From assembly GCA_050506795.1 (NCBI GenBank), contig JBJHCF010000045.1, positions 1 to 40,662 of the forward strand: a DNA stretch of 40,662 bases. The letters are read 5' to 3'. The position numbers and the translations under genes are program-made. Positions within the stretch are counted from its first letter, which is position 1, and the number at the start of each line of letters is the position of its first letter. Shown here piece by piece: positions 9,447 through 19,492 of this stretch. This DNA is from Opitutia bacterium. GTDB lineage: Bacteria; Verrucomicrobiota; Verrucomicrobiia; Opitutales; T3Sed10-336. The notes under the pieces are model-generated. The model was not told the origin of the DNA, did no database searches, and worked only from the letters and a program-made list of their open reading frames with translations.

Positions 9447-11201
9447 ATGGGAATGCTAAGCACTGTTGATTGGTTTGTCATCGCCTTGTATTTTGCGGTG
9501 ATTCTCGCACTGGCCGTCTGGGTCATCAAGAAGCAACAGGAGAATCCCACGGACTTCTTCTTAGCCGGCCGGCACCTTCCCTGGTTTATTCTCGGTCCGG
9601 CGATTTTCGCTTCCAACATCGGTTCCGAGCATTTGGTCGGCCTCGCGGGTTCGGGAGCGACCGACGGTGTCGCCATGGCGCACTACGAGCTTCACGCCTG
9701 GTGTCTGCTGGTGCTCGGTTGGATCATGATTCCCTTTTACGTGCGTTCAAGGGTGTTCACCATGCCGGAGTTCCTGGAGAAGCGCTTTTCTCCGATGGCC
9801 CGCACTATCCTTTCCTGCGTGTCGCTGGTGGCTTATGTCCTCACCAAAATCGCGGTGGGCATTTTTTCCGGCGGGATTGTTTTCAGCGCGCTGTTGCCGG
9901 AAGTTTCCTTCATGGGGCTGAACAGCTTCTGGGTCGGTTCGATCCTGGTGTTGTTTTGTACCGGTATATATACGGCGGCCGGAGGGTTGCGAGCGGTCGC
10001 CTACACGGAATCGTTGCAGGCCCTGATTCTGATTCTGGGATCGATGTTGGTGCTGATCTTTGGCCTGAAGGCGATCGGCGGCTGGGGTCCGCTTTATGAT
10101 ATCGCGGGTTCCGAGATGTTCAATTTGTGGAAGCCCTTGGTGCCGGAGGGAGTCGAATCCACCTGGGCTCCGGTGAAAGAAGAGGGCCTTATGGCCTGGT
10201 ACTTCAATACCAATTACCCCTGGCTCGGCATGCTCTTCGCGGCGCCGGTGGTCGGATTGTGGTACTGGACGACCGATCAGTATATTGTCATGCGAACTTT
10301 GGGAGCCAAGAACGAGCAACACGCTCGCCGGGGCAGCATCCTGGCCGGCTTCCTCAAGTTGTTTCCGGTTTTTATCTTCATCATTCCTGGAATTATCGCT
10401 TTTGCGTTGGCTGAATCCGGCGCGGTGCCGGAAATGCAGGCGGCGTTGATCGGTGAAGACGGCGAATTGATGGGCGATGCCGCCCAGGGGGCGTTTCCCC
10501 TGATGGTGGCCCACGTGTTGCCGGTCGGGGTGCGAGGGATTGTGGTGGCCGGATTGTTGGCCGCCCTGATGAGTTCTCTGGCGGGCGTATTCCACGCCTC
10601 TTCCACGCTCTTCACCATGGACTTGTACCAGCGGCTGAAGCCGCAGGCCTCCGGCAGGCGACTGGTGTGGACCGGGCGTTTCGTTACCGGAGTCATGATC
10701 CTGATCGGACTCGCCTGGATCCCGGTCATTCAGGGAAGCCGAGGTCTCTATCACTACCTGCAGGGTGTGCAGGCTTACCTTGCGCCGCCGATTTTCGTGG
10801 TTTTCTTCCTCGGGATTTTCAGCAAGCGCCTCAACAAGGAGGGCTGTCTGGCGGCGTTGCTTATCGGATTTGCGCTTGGGATTTTCCGCCTTGCGGTCGA
10901 CACGCCGCTCGCGCTGGGAGAAGATTTCAGCTATACCGAAGGTTCATTCCTTTGGATTGTCAGCAATATCTTCTTCCAGTACTATAGTTTGGGGATTTTC
11001 CTGGTGTGTATTATGGTGATGGTGGGGGTGAGCTACATGACCGCGCCACCCGATTACCAGAAGATCTCCGGTTTGACCTTCGGTACGGTGACCAAGGAGC
11101 ATCGCGCCACCTCACGGTCAAGCTGGGATTGGCGGGATGTGGCCAGCTCCGTGTTGCTGGTGGTGATCATCATCGTCATTTACATGTCATTCCGAGGTTA
11201 G
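9447..11201 (+). CDS. Sodium:solute symporter (SGLT-like sugar transporter)
   Basis: FFLAGR, ASNIGSEHLVGLAG, GGLRAVAYTE, WYWTTDQYIV, LAALMSSL; many TM helices. Confidence 0.95.
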   Translation: MGMLSTVDWFVIALYFAVILALAVWVIKKQQENPTDFFLAGRHLPWFILGPAIFASNIGSEHLVGLAGSGATDGVAMAHYELHAWCLLVLGWIMIPFYVRSRVFTMPEFLEKRFSPMARTILSCVSLVAYVLTKIAVGIFSGGIVFSALLPEVSFMGLNSFWVGSILVLFCTGIYTAAGGLRAVAYTESLQALILILGSMLVLIFGLKAIGGWGPLYDIAGSEMFNLWKPLVPEGVESTWAPVKEEGLMAWYFNTNYPWLGMLFAAPVVGLWYWTTDQYIVMRTLGAKNEQHARRGSILAGFLKLFPVFIFIIPGIIAFALAESGAVPEMQAALIGEDGELMGDAAQGAFPLMVAHVLPVGVRGIVVAGLLAALMSSLAGVFHASSTLFTMDLYQRLKPQASGRRLVWTGRFVTGVMILIGLAWIPVIQGSRGLYHYLQGVQAYLAPPIFVVFFLGIFSKRLNKEGCLAALLIGFALGIFRLAVDTPLALGEDFSYTEGSFLWIVSNIFFQYYSLGIFLVCIMVMVGVSYMTAPPDYQKISGLTFGTVTKEHRATSRSSWDWRDVASSVLLVVIIIVIYMSFRG

Positions 11202-11253
11202 GTTTGATAGAAAACGATTTTTCGCGACATTTAACACCGAACGTGAACAGGAT

Positions 11254-12369
11254 ATGAAACACACAATTGTAATCGCATTACTTATGGCAATGAGTACCTT
11301 ATCGGCGGCCGCGGCGACACCGGACAATATCTCGGTCGAGGACTGGGGTGTTTTCAATGGCAAGGCGGTAAAACTTTACACCTTGGAAAACGAGAACGGT
11401 CTGATCATGCGGGTGACCAACTTCGGCTGCATCATCACCGAGCTTCACGTCCCGGATCGCAACGGCAATATGGCTGACATTCTGCTGGGACACGACAACC
11501 TGCATGCCTATATCGCCGGACATCCCTATTTCGGCGCCATCGTGGGGCGTTTCGCCAACCGGATCGATGCGGGGCGCTTCGAGCTGGACGGCAAGGCCTA
11601 TCAGCTTCCTTTGAACGATGGGGCGAACCACCTGCACGGGGGCGTCAATGGGTTCGACCGGCACGTTTGGAACGCGACGCCCATGAGCACTCCGGACGGA
11701 CCGGCAATTCGTTTTCATCGGGTCTCACCCGACGGGGAAGAGGGGTATCCGGGCAATCTCGATGTTGCGGTGGTATACACCTTGACCAATGACGACGAGC
11801 TGAAAACTGAAATGGTGGCCACCACCGACGCTCCTACGATCGTCAACCTCGCCCAACACAACTACTGGAATCTGGCAGGGCATGACTCGGGGCCGATCAC
11901 AGATCATATCTTTCACATCAACGCACCGTATTTCACACCGGCGTCGGAAAGCCTGATCCCGACCGGCGAGTTCGCCCCGGTGGAAGGCACGCCGTTTGAT
12001 TTTACCGAACCGAGGGCGGCCGGTGACCGTATCGGAGATATCGACGCCGCTATCGGCGGCTACGATCACAACTTCGTCCTGGCCGGGGAAGGCGATGAAT
12101 ATCGTCTGGCTGCCCGTGTCAGCGAACCAACCTCAGGGCGGGTCATGACCCTGCACACCAACCAGCCGGGAATTCAGTTTTACTCGGGCAATTTCCTCGA
12201 CGGAAGCGACGTCGGAAAAGGCGGGGTGGCCTACGAGCGGTACACCGGATTCTGCCTGGAAACCCAGCATTTCCCGGATTCGATCAATAACCCGGATTGG
12301 CCGTCGGTGATCCTGCGTCCAGGGCAGGCCTATTACCACTTGATGGTTTCCAAATTCACCACGGAGTAA
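11254..12369 (+). CDS. galM: Aldose 1-epimerase with signal peptide
   Basis: GRFANRI, HLHGG, EGYPGNL, HNYWNL, GYDHNF, CLETQHFPDS. Confidence 0.95.
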   Translation: MKHTIVIALLMAMSTLSAAAATPDNISVEDWGVFNGKAVKLYTLENENGLIMRVTNFGCIITELHVPDRNGNMADILLGHDNLHAYIAGHPYFGAIVGRFANRIDAGRFELDGKAYQLPLNDGANHLHGGVNGFDRHVWNATPMSTPDGPAIRFHRVSPDGEEGYPGNLDVAVVYTLTNDDELKTEMVATTDAPTIVNLAQHNYWNLAGHDSGPITDHIFHINAPYFTPASESLIPTGEFAPVEGTPFDFTEPRAAGDRIGDIDAAIGGYDHNFVLAGEGDEYRLAARVSEPTSGRVMTLHTNQPGIQFYSGNFLDGSDVGKGGVAYERYTGFCLETQHFPDSINNPDWPSVILRPGQAYYHLMVSKFTTE

Positions 12370-12378
12370 ATTGAGTTG

Positions 12379-13008
12379 ATGCCGGCGGTGAAGGTGTGCG
12401 GCCTGACTTCGGCCGCGGATGCTAGTTTGGCGAGTGAAGCCGGGGCGGATTACCTCGGCTTCATCTTTTTTCCGAAATCGCCGCGGGCATTGACGCTGGA
12501 GAAGTTTCAGGAGATGCGCGGCGCATTACCGGCGAAACCGTGGGTTTACGTGCAGGTGAACCCGGATCCCGCCGAATTGCGGCGAGCGGTGGAAGAAGGG
12601 TTTTCATTTGTGCAGGTCCATTGCCCGGCGGCCACGGTGGAAGACGCGTTGCCCGGTTGGCTGGACGCGGTGGGACGTGAACGATTGTGGCTTGCTATCA
12701 AGCGACCGGTGGAAGATCCCATTCCCCCGGTATGTCTGGAGCGGGTGGATACCTTCCTGATTGATACCTACCGCCAGGATGTGTTCGGCGGATCCGGAGA
12801 AACCGGGGACTGGGGGGCTTTTCGTCAGTTGGCGACGAAGTACCCGGACAAAAATTGGGTACTGGCGGGTGGATTGAGTCCCGACAATCTGCGGGAGGCG
12901 GTGCGGCGGTCGGGCGCGCGCATGGTCGATGTGGGCAGTGGGGTAGAATCGGAGCCCGGTCGAAAAGATCCGCAGCGTCTGCAAGCGCTGTTTGCTGCGC
13001 TCGACTGA
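12379..13008 (+). CDS. trpF: Phosphoribosylanthranilate isomerase
   Basis: VKVCGLT, GFIFFPKSPR, GGSGETGDW, LAGGLSPDN, GVESEPGRKD. Confidence 0.93.
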   Translation: MPAVKVCGLTSAADASLASEAGADYLGFIFFPKSPRALTLEKFQEMRGALPAKPWVYVQVNPDPAELRRAVEEGFSFVQVHCPAATVEDALPGWLDAVGRERLWLAIKRPVEDPIPPVCLERVDTFLIDTYRQDVFGGSGETGDWGAFRQLATKYPDKNWVLAGGLSPDNLREAVRRSGARMVDVGSGVESEPGRKDPQRLQALFAALD

Positions 13009-13018
13009 GGCGTTGCCG

Positions 13019-13267
13019 CTATTGTTTTTCGTACTCGCCGGAGGAAATCTTCTTGAGCACCGTGAAACCGGCTGCCTTGGCTTCACGGATGGAAGGTTTC
13101 CGGGTGGATTGCGGCGAGGACACCGAGTCGGGAAGTACAGGCGTCACCGCCTGCCCACACTTATGACAGTGCGTCAGGCGGGTGTCGGAGGCGCTCTCCC
13201 TTCGTTCGAAACCGTCTCCGCAAAGGCGGCAGGGAACCTTGTTCGGTCGATAGAAAACCAGTGGCAT
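13019..13267 (-). CDS. FmdB-like zinc-ribbon protein
   Basis: CxxC...CxxC (CRLC, CHKC); tail GFTVLKKISSGEYEK. Confidence 0.75.
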   Translation of the reverse strand: MPLVFYRPNKVPCRLCGDGFERRESASDTRLTHCHKCGQAVTPVLPDSVSSPQSTRKPSIREAKAAGFTVLKKISSGEYEKQ

Positions 13268-13277
13268 GATCCGGCGT

Positions 13278-14936
13278 TCAGCGTACCGCACGCGTCTCCC
13301 GCGGCATGGCCCGCTGCTGAATCTCATCAAGGGAAAACTGTTCCATGATACTTGAGGAGAAGTATCGTGATTGATCGAGGTTCTGGGCGTATTCCGTTCC
13401 GGTTACGTCCACCTCCGGAACCGTACGACTCACCACGTGAACGAAGTGAGCCCGGTTGTTCTCCTGAATCATGCGTGAAACCTGCCCCTGACGAAGCTCG
13501 GCGAGACGTCCGAGGACCACGCGGGGCAGGTCTTCAGGCTGGTCCATCATGGTGAAAGGCCCGTACTCGGTGACCACCATGTCCAGTTCCTCCGCCGCGT
13601 CGATAAAACTCATATCCTCGGCCAACCGCTCGTTCAGGGTTTCGTAGAGTTGGTTGCCCCGTTCGGCTCGAAGGCGCCGACGCTCCTCTTCGCGGTAATC
13701 CGCGGTTACCCGGTCGCGAACTTCATCGAATGGTGGAATATAGGCGGGAACGATTTCGTCGAGAAAAACCACCACCACATTTCCCTGGTGATCCCGGGGA
13801 TCGGAGAAATAACGCTGCTCATCCAGGCGCCGGATGTCTCGAATAATCGCGTCGGAGAAAGTCGGGCTCGCAGGACGGCCGCCCTCCGGAAAGGGAGCTA
13901 CCCGGTTGCGTTCGAGATTCTGTTCCTCCAGAAGCGCGGCCAGTTCCGGGGAATCCTGTTCCACCTGTTGTTCAAAAAGCGAGAAGGTGAAGTCCGAAGC
14001 GACTTCCCGGGCCATTCGACGCGCGGCGGTTCTTCTGAGGATCCCCTCGATTTCCTCCCTCACGTCCTCGAATTGAACCTCACGCGGCTCGGAGTCTTCA
14101 TTTTCGCCGTCGTTTTCAACTGCATTGGTCTCGGGAAGTGCGAAATCGGCACGATTGGTATCGAAGTAAGCACGCATAGCGTCTTCCGAGGGGCTCGGCA
14201 CCTGGTCGACGAAGTGTTCGGTTTCAAAGGTGACAAACGAGATGACCTTGTGAGGCGGCACCTCGTAGCGGAAATCATTGTTCTCGAAGAACGTCGCCAA
14301 AGCTTCTTCTTCGGGGTCGATCTCCACGTCCAGGTCGGTGATTTGAAGTGAGGCCAATTCGAGGGTCCACTCTGTTTTTTGGCGTGCAACCTGTCGTTTG
14401 ACGTCGGAAGGAAGGGCGAAGCCCGGTCCGCCCAACAGGATGCGAACCTGATTCGCGATATAGTCCTCCTCCAGCACCCGCACCAGGTCGGTCGTGCTGA
14501 TTCTCGGATCCGATTCCACATAATCGAGGTACTCCTGGTAGGCCTGGCGATCAAAGGTCCCCCCCGGTCCGCTGAAAGCGGGCAAACTGGCGATGAAGTG
14601 CTGCAACTCCCGAGCGTCCGGACCGGGCAGACCCATTTCGCGACCGGTGCCCAGCAGGGCGAGCCTTTCGAAGGCATAACGCTGCAGTTGCTCGCCGGCG
14701 TCGCGTCCGTAGTTGATGTAAAAGCTGATGCTGGCGAGACGGATGATCTCCTGCTGATCGCTTTGCGAGCGCAGATTATATCCGAAATATTCCTGCGGTT
14801 CTCCGCGATCTCCAGCCCGTCCCATGCCGGGCGCTTCGCCGACGGTAAAGACAAACGCCACAATGACGATGACGAGAACGAGAAAAAAGAGAATTTTGTA
14901 GCCGGTTTGAAAACGGGTCTGAATCCAGGTGATCAT
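13278..14936 (-). CDS. SurA N-terminal domain / PpiD-like periplasmic chaperone
   Basis: N-terminal anchor (MITWIQTRFQ...FVF), F..G.FDRQAY, FEDVREEI and PPFDEVRDRV rotamase-like motifs. Confidence 0.8.
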   Translation of the reverse strand: MITWIQTRFQTGYKILFFLVLVIVIVAFVFTVGEAPGMGRAGDRGEPQEYFGYNLRSQSDQQEIIRLASISFYINYGRDAGEQLQRYAFERLALLGTGREMGLPGPDARELQHFIASLPAFSGPGGTFDRQAYQEYLDYVESDPRISTTDLVRVLEEDYIANQVRILLGGPGFALPSDVKRQVARQKTEWTLELASLQITDLDVEIDPEEEALATFFENNDFRYEVPPHKVISFVTFETEHFVDQVPSPSEDAMRAYFDTNRADFALPETNAVENDGENEDSEPREVQFEDVREEIEGILRRTAARRMAREVASDFTFSLFEQQVEQDSPELAALLEEQNLERNRVAPFPEGGRPASPTFSDAIIRDIRRLDEQRYFSDPRDHQGNVVVVFLDEIVPAYIPPFDEVRDRVTADYREEERRRLRAERGNQLYETLNERLAEDMSFIDAAEELDMVVTEYGPFTMMDQPEDLPRVVLGRLAELRQGQVSRMIQENNRAHFVHVVSRTVPEVDVTGTEYAQNLDQSRYFSSSIMEQFSLDEIQQRAMPRETRAVR

Positions 14937-15004
14937 AGCTTAAGGAAAACAGTGTCGAGGCGTTTGTGTAAAGGTACATAAATGTATTTCCAGGCCCGGC
15001 GGTG

Positions 15005-16495
15005 TCAATTTTTCTTGGTCTTGGACTTGGGCGAAATCGCTTCCTCGTTCATTTCATCGCCCAGCACCTCCGCGAGGTTGCGATCCGCGAGTTCGTCGGA
15101 CGGGGCGCCATGGGCCTTTTCCCGGTAGCGTTTTACCAGCGGGTCCAGGTCGTCGAGCAGGGGAATGGCATCGCTGTTGCCGTACTCCTCGAAGTCCTTC
15201 CGGAAGGTCGCCAGAGAGATCCGTTCCAGGGGCCGGGCCGGCTGGTAGCGGATGACATGGAAGGCCTTGCCGCCGTTTTCCGGGATGGCGGAGATGTACC
15301 CGAGGTCGACCAGACGGGTCAGGGACTCGTTTACGATTTGGCTGGGCGCCCCCACCAGGGTCGTCAGTTCATCGCTGGAAAAGGGTTTTTCACACCGCAG
15401 AAATCGGCGGCTGATTCTGACCAGCAACACCAGGCTCAGCAGTTCCCGGGCGCTGTGGCTCGTGCCTTTCCAGGCCTCCTGGTTGCTGAGATGGTTTACG
15501 TTTTGCACCGCGTAGATGATCTGGGCGCCGAAAAGGATGATCAGCCAGAAAACGAATAATCCGAGCATGACCACCGGCAGGATGCCCACCGAGCCGTAAA
15601 TACTGTAGGTGGTGACCACCCTTTGGACGTAAAGGAATGTGAGGGCGTTGTTGGCCATCAAAAGCAGGGCCACAAAAGCCGCCCCGAGGAGTGCCGGTCG
15701 CCAGGCTACATGGGTATTGGGCATGAAGCGGTAGAGCCCGGTCAGCAGCAGGGTGAGCAGCAACAGGGAGAACAGCGGTGTGAGCCATTGCATAAACGCC
15801 AGGAGTTGTTCGCCGAGCGGAAGGCGCTGCATAAGGTCGGTGAACGACAGCGAGAACAACCCCAGGGCGGCGAATCCGAGGACCGCTCCAAGGGAAATCA
15901 AGGTCCAGTAAAAGACCACCCGCTGGATCATGCTTCGCCCGCGTTTGACTCCCCACACCGCGTTGAAGGCATTTTCCACCGAGGTTAGGAGTTGTATGGC
16001 GACCAGCACGATCAGAAGCATGCCCGCCAAACCAACGGTTCCGGATTGCGCCCGGGCGATGAGTTCGTCGATCAGGTCGGCCAGTTCGGGGTTAATCGAC
16101 GGGATTTCCTGCTCGGATTCCCCGTCGATGCCTTCATCGGGAATGGTGATTTGGGGCGCCACGAAGGTGATGGCCTGGTTCACCGCCCGCAGGGCGATGT
16201 CGGAATCGGTGCGGTCCAGGACAAAGCCGGAAACCGTGACCGCGACCGCGATCAAGGGGCCCAATCCGAGGAGCGAGCTGAAACAGAGTGCCGCCGCCCG
16301 GCTGCCGACATTGGTTTCCTTAAGACCGGAAAGCGCGATGGAAAAAATCCGCAGCAGGCGGAAAATGGATGCCTGGCGCGAACGCTCGCGCAGTCTGGAT
16401 GCCTTCCAGATCTCGGTTTTGAAAAGTCGCTCTAGGCGTTCCCTCTCCCGAAGGTAGATCTTCTTAAGCGGTTCCTTTTGCCGTTTGGTGCTCAT
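15005..16495 (-). CDS. YihY/virulence factor BrkB family membrane protein
   Basis: RAAALCFSSLLGLGP, VENAFNAVW, YRFMPNT, IYGS...WLIILFGAQ; C-terminal wHTH-like extension. Confidence 0.9.
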   Translation of the reverse strand: MSTKRQKEPLKKIYLRERERLERLFKTEIWKASRLRERSRQASIFRLLRIFSIALSGLKETNVGSRAAALCFSSLLGLGPLIAVAVTVSGFVLDRTDSDIALRAVNQAITFVAPQITIPDEGIDGESEQEIPSINPELADLIDELIARAQSGTVGLAGMLLIVLVAIQLLTSVENAFNAVWGVKRGRSMIQRVVFYWTLISLGAVLGFAALGLFSLSFTDLMQRLPLGEQLLAFMQWLTPLFSLLLLTLLLTGLYRFMPNTHVAWRPALLGAAFVALLLMANNALTFLYVQRVVTTYSIYGSVGILPVVMLGLFVFWLIILFGAQIIYAVQNVNHLSNQEAWKGTSHSARELLSLVLLVRISRRFLRCEKPFSSDELTTLVGAPSQIVNESLTRLVDLGYISAIPENGGKAFHVIRYQPARPLERISLATFRKDFEEYGNSDAIPLLDDLDPLVKRYREKAHGAPSDELADRNLAEVLGDEMNEEAISPKSKTKKN

Positions 16496-16577
16496 GATGG
16501 CGGCGATCCCACACCCCGGAGAGTACGGCAATGGGCGACCCGGGCAAAGGCGGACTGCCCGTCACCGCGGCCGACCA

Positions 16578-17327
16578 TCAGGTGAGCGCAAGGAGATAAG
16601 CGAACACCCCCATGCCGCCGAGTCCCAGCAAACTAAAGATGACCAACGGAATCATGGCCACCGTTATGGTGCAGAAGTAAAGCCCGATCGAACCGGCCAC
16701 CGCGGCCGCCAGCAGGGTGGGCTCCCCGTAGGAAAAGTAGAGCAGGGCGAAAAAGCCGACCCCGAGGGCCGCCCGGAAGCGAATAAACGGATAGACCGCG
16801 GTCGTACGCAGGAACAGGATGAAGGCGATCCCCAGATCGACCACTCCGATCAGCACCAGGGGATTGACCAGCATGCCCGAGATATCGAAACCAAAGAGCA
16901 GCCCGGCGTCCTGGGCCACGAGACCGATACCGCTGAGCAGGAAGATCACCGCGGCCACGTGCATGCCGCAATAGGCCAGCAACTCGCGTTTTTCGTCGAG
17001 ATTGCGCTTATGCTTGGTGTCCTTGGTGCGACCCTCGGCCTGCGCCAGCATTTCGTCCACCGTGATGGGGGGAGCGTTATCATCCTCCTGATTCAGGCGG
17101 GCGACTTCCTCTTTGGGCTTGAGGTTCAGCTTTTTCCGCTCGGGGAACAGCTTGGCCCTCAATTCGGGAAGGTCCTTCAGTTCGTTCCAGGTTTCCTTGT
17201 CGACATCGTAGATCAACGTATCTGAATCGATCTGGCCGGCTTCGGCCAAAGAAGCGAGTTGGTCAACGGTAAATGGTCCTCGAGAATCCTCGACGTCCTG
17301 CTGCCTGATGTAGTATTCGGGCTCCAT
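16578..17327 (-). CDS. GYF_2 (DUF4339) domain membrane protein
   Basis: YYIR...RGPFTVDQLASLAEAGQIDSDTLI; C-terminal TM helices. Confidence 0.75.
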   Translation of the reverse strand: MEPEYYIRQQDVEDSRGPFTVDQLASLAEAGQIDSDTLIYDVDKETWNELKDLPELRAKLFPERKKLNLKPKEEVARLNQEDDNAPPITVDEMLAQAEGRTKDTKHKRNLDEKRELLAYCGMHVAAVIFLLSGIGLVAQDAGLLFGFDISGMLVNPLVLIGVVDLGIAFILFLRTTAVYPFIRFRAALGVGFFALLYFSYGEPTLLAAAVAGSIGLYFCTITVAMIPLVIFSLLGLGGMGVFAYLLALT

Positions 17328-17413
17328 ATGCGATGTGATGTTAAATGAGACAGACCGGAGGCTTTTTCAAGCCCAATAAAAGCGAATGACTTGGCTTGGT
17401 TGGAATTGTCCGC

Positions 17414-18271
17414 TCAATCGCCGACCGGCAATCGGCCTTTCTCCCGTCCGCCGATCCAACCCAACTTGGTCCTCACCACGCTGAAGTGCGAGTAGTCGGC
17501 CTGCTGCATCAGGTTGAAGGTGCGGATGGAGATAAAAACCCGCAGTTCTTCCCCGCGATTGACGGAAAAGTGCCTTTGCCCGTCGAGAGTCACATCCAGC
17601 ACTCCCGATTCCATGGGATTGTGGATGCGAATTTCGGTTTCCTGGTGAAAAATTACGGTACGGTTGCTCAAGGTGTGCGGACAGATGGGGGTCATGGCGA
17701 TTACTCTGGCCTGGGGTTCTATGATCGGCCCGCCGGCCGAAAGATTGTAGGCGGTGGAACCGGTGGGGGTGGAGAAGATGAGACCGTCGCACAGGTACTC
17801 CGTGACGGTGCGCTCGTTCGCCTGGACGCGCAATGTTGCCAGGCGACCGGTTTTTTCCACCTTGATGACAATATCGTTGAGCGCCACCCCGCCCGGCGTT
17901 CCGTCCGGCTTGCGGCATTCCAGCATCGAACGCCGGTCGAGCAGGTAGTCTCCTTTTAATACCGAGCTGAAACTTTCCCGGGCTTCCTCCGCGGCCACAG
18001 TGGTCAGAAAGCCCAGGCTCCCCCGATTCACCCCGAAAACCGGAACCCCCGTCCGCGAGGCCTCACTGGCCACACTCAATAGGGTGCCGTCCCCGCCGAT
18101 CACGCAGCAGGCATCCTTGCCTTCGAGGTAGCCTTCCGGGATCGGAAAGGTGTCGATCACATCGACGGTCACCCCTTCGTTTTCGGCGAGGGCGACCAAT
18201 TGCCGACCCAGGCCCGGAGCGCCTGATTTGTCGCGATTAATGATGAAGGCAATGTTTTTGAGACCCGGCAT
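17414..18271 (-). CDS. nadK: NAD kinase
   Basis: GGDGT, GVNRGSLGFL, LND, DGLIFSTPTGSTAYNLSAGGP, PICPHTLS. Confidence 0.95.
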   Translation of the reverse strand: MPGLKNIAFIINRDKSGAPGLGRQLVALAENEGVTVDVIDTFPIPEGYLEGKDACCVIGGDGTLLSVASEASRTGVPVFGVNRGSLGFLTTVAAEEARESFSSVLKGDYLLDRRSMLECRKPDGTPGGVALNDIVIKVEKTGRLATLRVQANERTVTEYLCDGLIFSTPTGSTAYNLSAGGPIIEPQARVIAMTPICPHTLSNRTVIFHQETEIRIHNPMESGVLDVTLDGQRHFSVNRGEELRVFISIRTFNLMQQADYSHFSVVRTKLGWIGGREKGRLPVGD

Positions 18272-18415
18272 GAAGGTGGATTGCACCCTATCAATACCAG
18301 CCGCCCGCCCGCAGGCACAAGGCCGGAGTTTTTGCGGCCGGGAGGCCTGTATCGCAGGGTTCACGTTTGACTCCGAGTGCGGTCTCCATAATTTAGTGGT
18401 AATCTATTCCCTGTG

Positions 18416-19492
18416 ATGAAATTCCGTCGATCGGTTTCTCCCGACAGGATCTACTGGATCCGCGCCGCGGAGAACGGCCCGCCGAAGGGGCCGTACACCC
18501 TGGAGAATCTCCGTGAACTCGCGGAGTTTGGTCACGTGACCCGCAGCACCGAGGTGCGACGTCAGCCCGAGGAGGCTTTTTTTCCATTGGAGCGGGACCG
18601 TGAACTGACGGAGCAGGTTTTCCCAGAACGGCGGGGACTCAAACTCGGCTCCCAGTATCAGGGTTCGGGAGGGGAAGACCGGTACAGTGCGGTCTCTATT
18701 CATGAAATGGTGAAATGCGACCTCAATGAACCGCCGGAGGCGCAATCCACGGACGAGCCTCCCGGGGGCGAGGGGGATACCGAGGGTTCCTTGAGGCTTC
18801 GGGCTGATAGTAACGTCCGGTACGAAATGATTTCCGATAAGGATACCGAAGCGGAGGCGCTCAATCCCCGGGCGACCCTGCAGGCCCTGGCGAGCGCACG
18901 GGCGCTTCGCCTGAGCGAAGACTCCGTTGCTCCGTTGAAAACGGATCGTTCCGTCAGGTTCCGTCGTTGGTCGCTGACGGCACGTTTGATTGGATTGGCG
19001 GTGTTCGGCACCCTCGGCACCCGGATTTGGCTGACCACAAACTGGGTTGGCGGCCATCAACTCGAGGTTGTGGTCGGCTTTTTGTCGGGAGTTATTCTCA
19101 TAGTGGCGGGGATGATTCTCATGTTGCCGGAATTGTTGCGCCTCGTGACGGCGCCGTTCGACGCGGCACTGTCCCTGTTGATTTTTGGCAATCAGCATTC
19201 ACCTCGGAAACCCGACCTGGCCGCCGTGGAACGTTGTCAGGAAAGTGGCGATTTGGAAAAGGCGCTTGCGGAATGTCGCAGACAATTGGGGCATTCTCCC
19301 CAATACATGCCGCTTCACCTCAAGGCTGTCCGCTTGTGCCTGCAGTTGGGATGGGACGACGAGGCGCAACGCCATTATCGCCGCGCGCTGAAAAAGGTCA
19401 CCTGCGGACAGGACCGCAATCTTTTTGTCGGGAAGCTTCGCCAGGAAGGATACCCTCCGTCCGGGCCGGGTCAGGCCGGGAATTCCGATTAA
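18416..19492 (+). CDS. GYF_2 domain membrane protein with a C-terminal TPR-like region
   Basis: YWIR...KGPYTLENLRELAEFGHVTRSTEV; TM segments; GDLEKALAEC...AQRHYRRAL. Confidence 0.65.
   Translation: MKFRRSVSPDRIYWIRAAENGPPKGPYTLENLRELAEFGHVTRSTEVRRQPEEAFFPLERDRELTEQVFPERRGLKLGSQYQGSGGEDRYSAVSIHEMVKCDLNEPPEAQSTDEPPGGEGDTEGSLRLRADSNVRYEMISDKDTEAEALNPRATLQALASARALRLSEDSVAPLKTDRSVRFRRWSLTARLIGLAVFGTLGTRIWLTTNWVGGHQLEVVVGFLSGVILIVAGMILMLPELLRLVTAPFDAALSLLIFGNQHSPRKPDLAAVERCQESGDLEKALAECRRQLGHSPQYMPLHLKAVRLCLQLGWDDEAQRHYRRALKKVTCGQDRNLFVGKLRQEGYPPSGPGQAGNSD

Noticed and set aside
17319..17346. dif-like site gggctccatat-gcgatg-tgatgttaaat
   Set aside because: The XerD-like arm matches 10/11, but the conserved inner ATAA/TTAT bases are altered in both arms and the site overlaps a start codon; likely chance.
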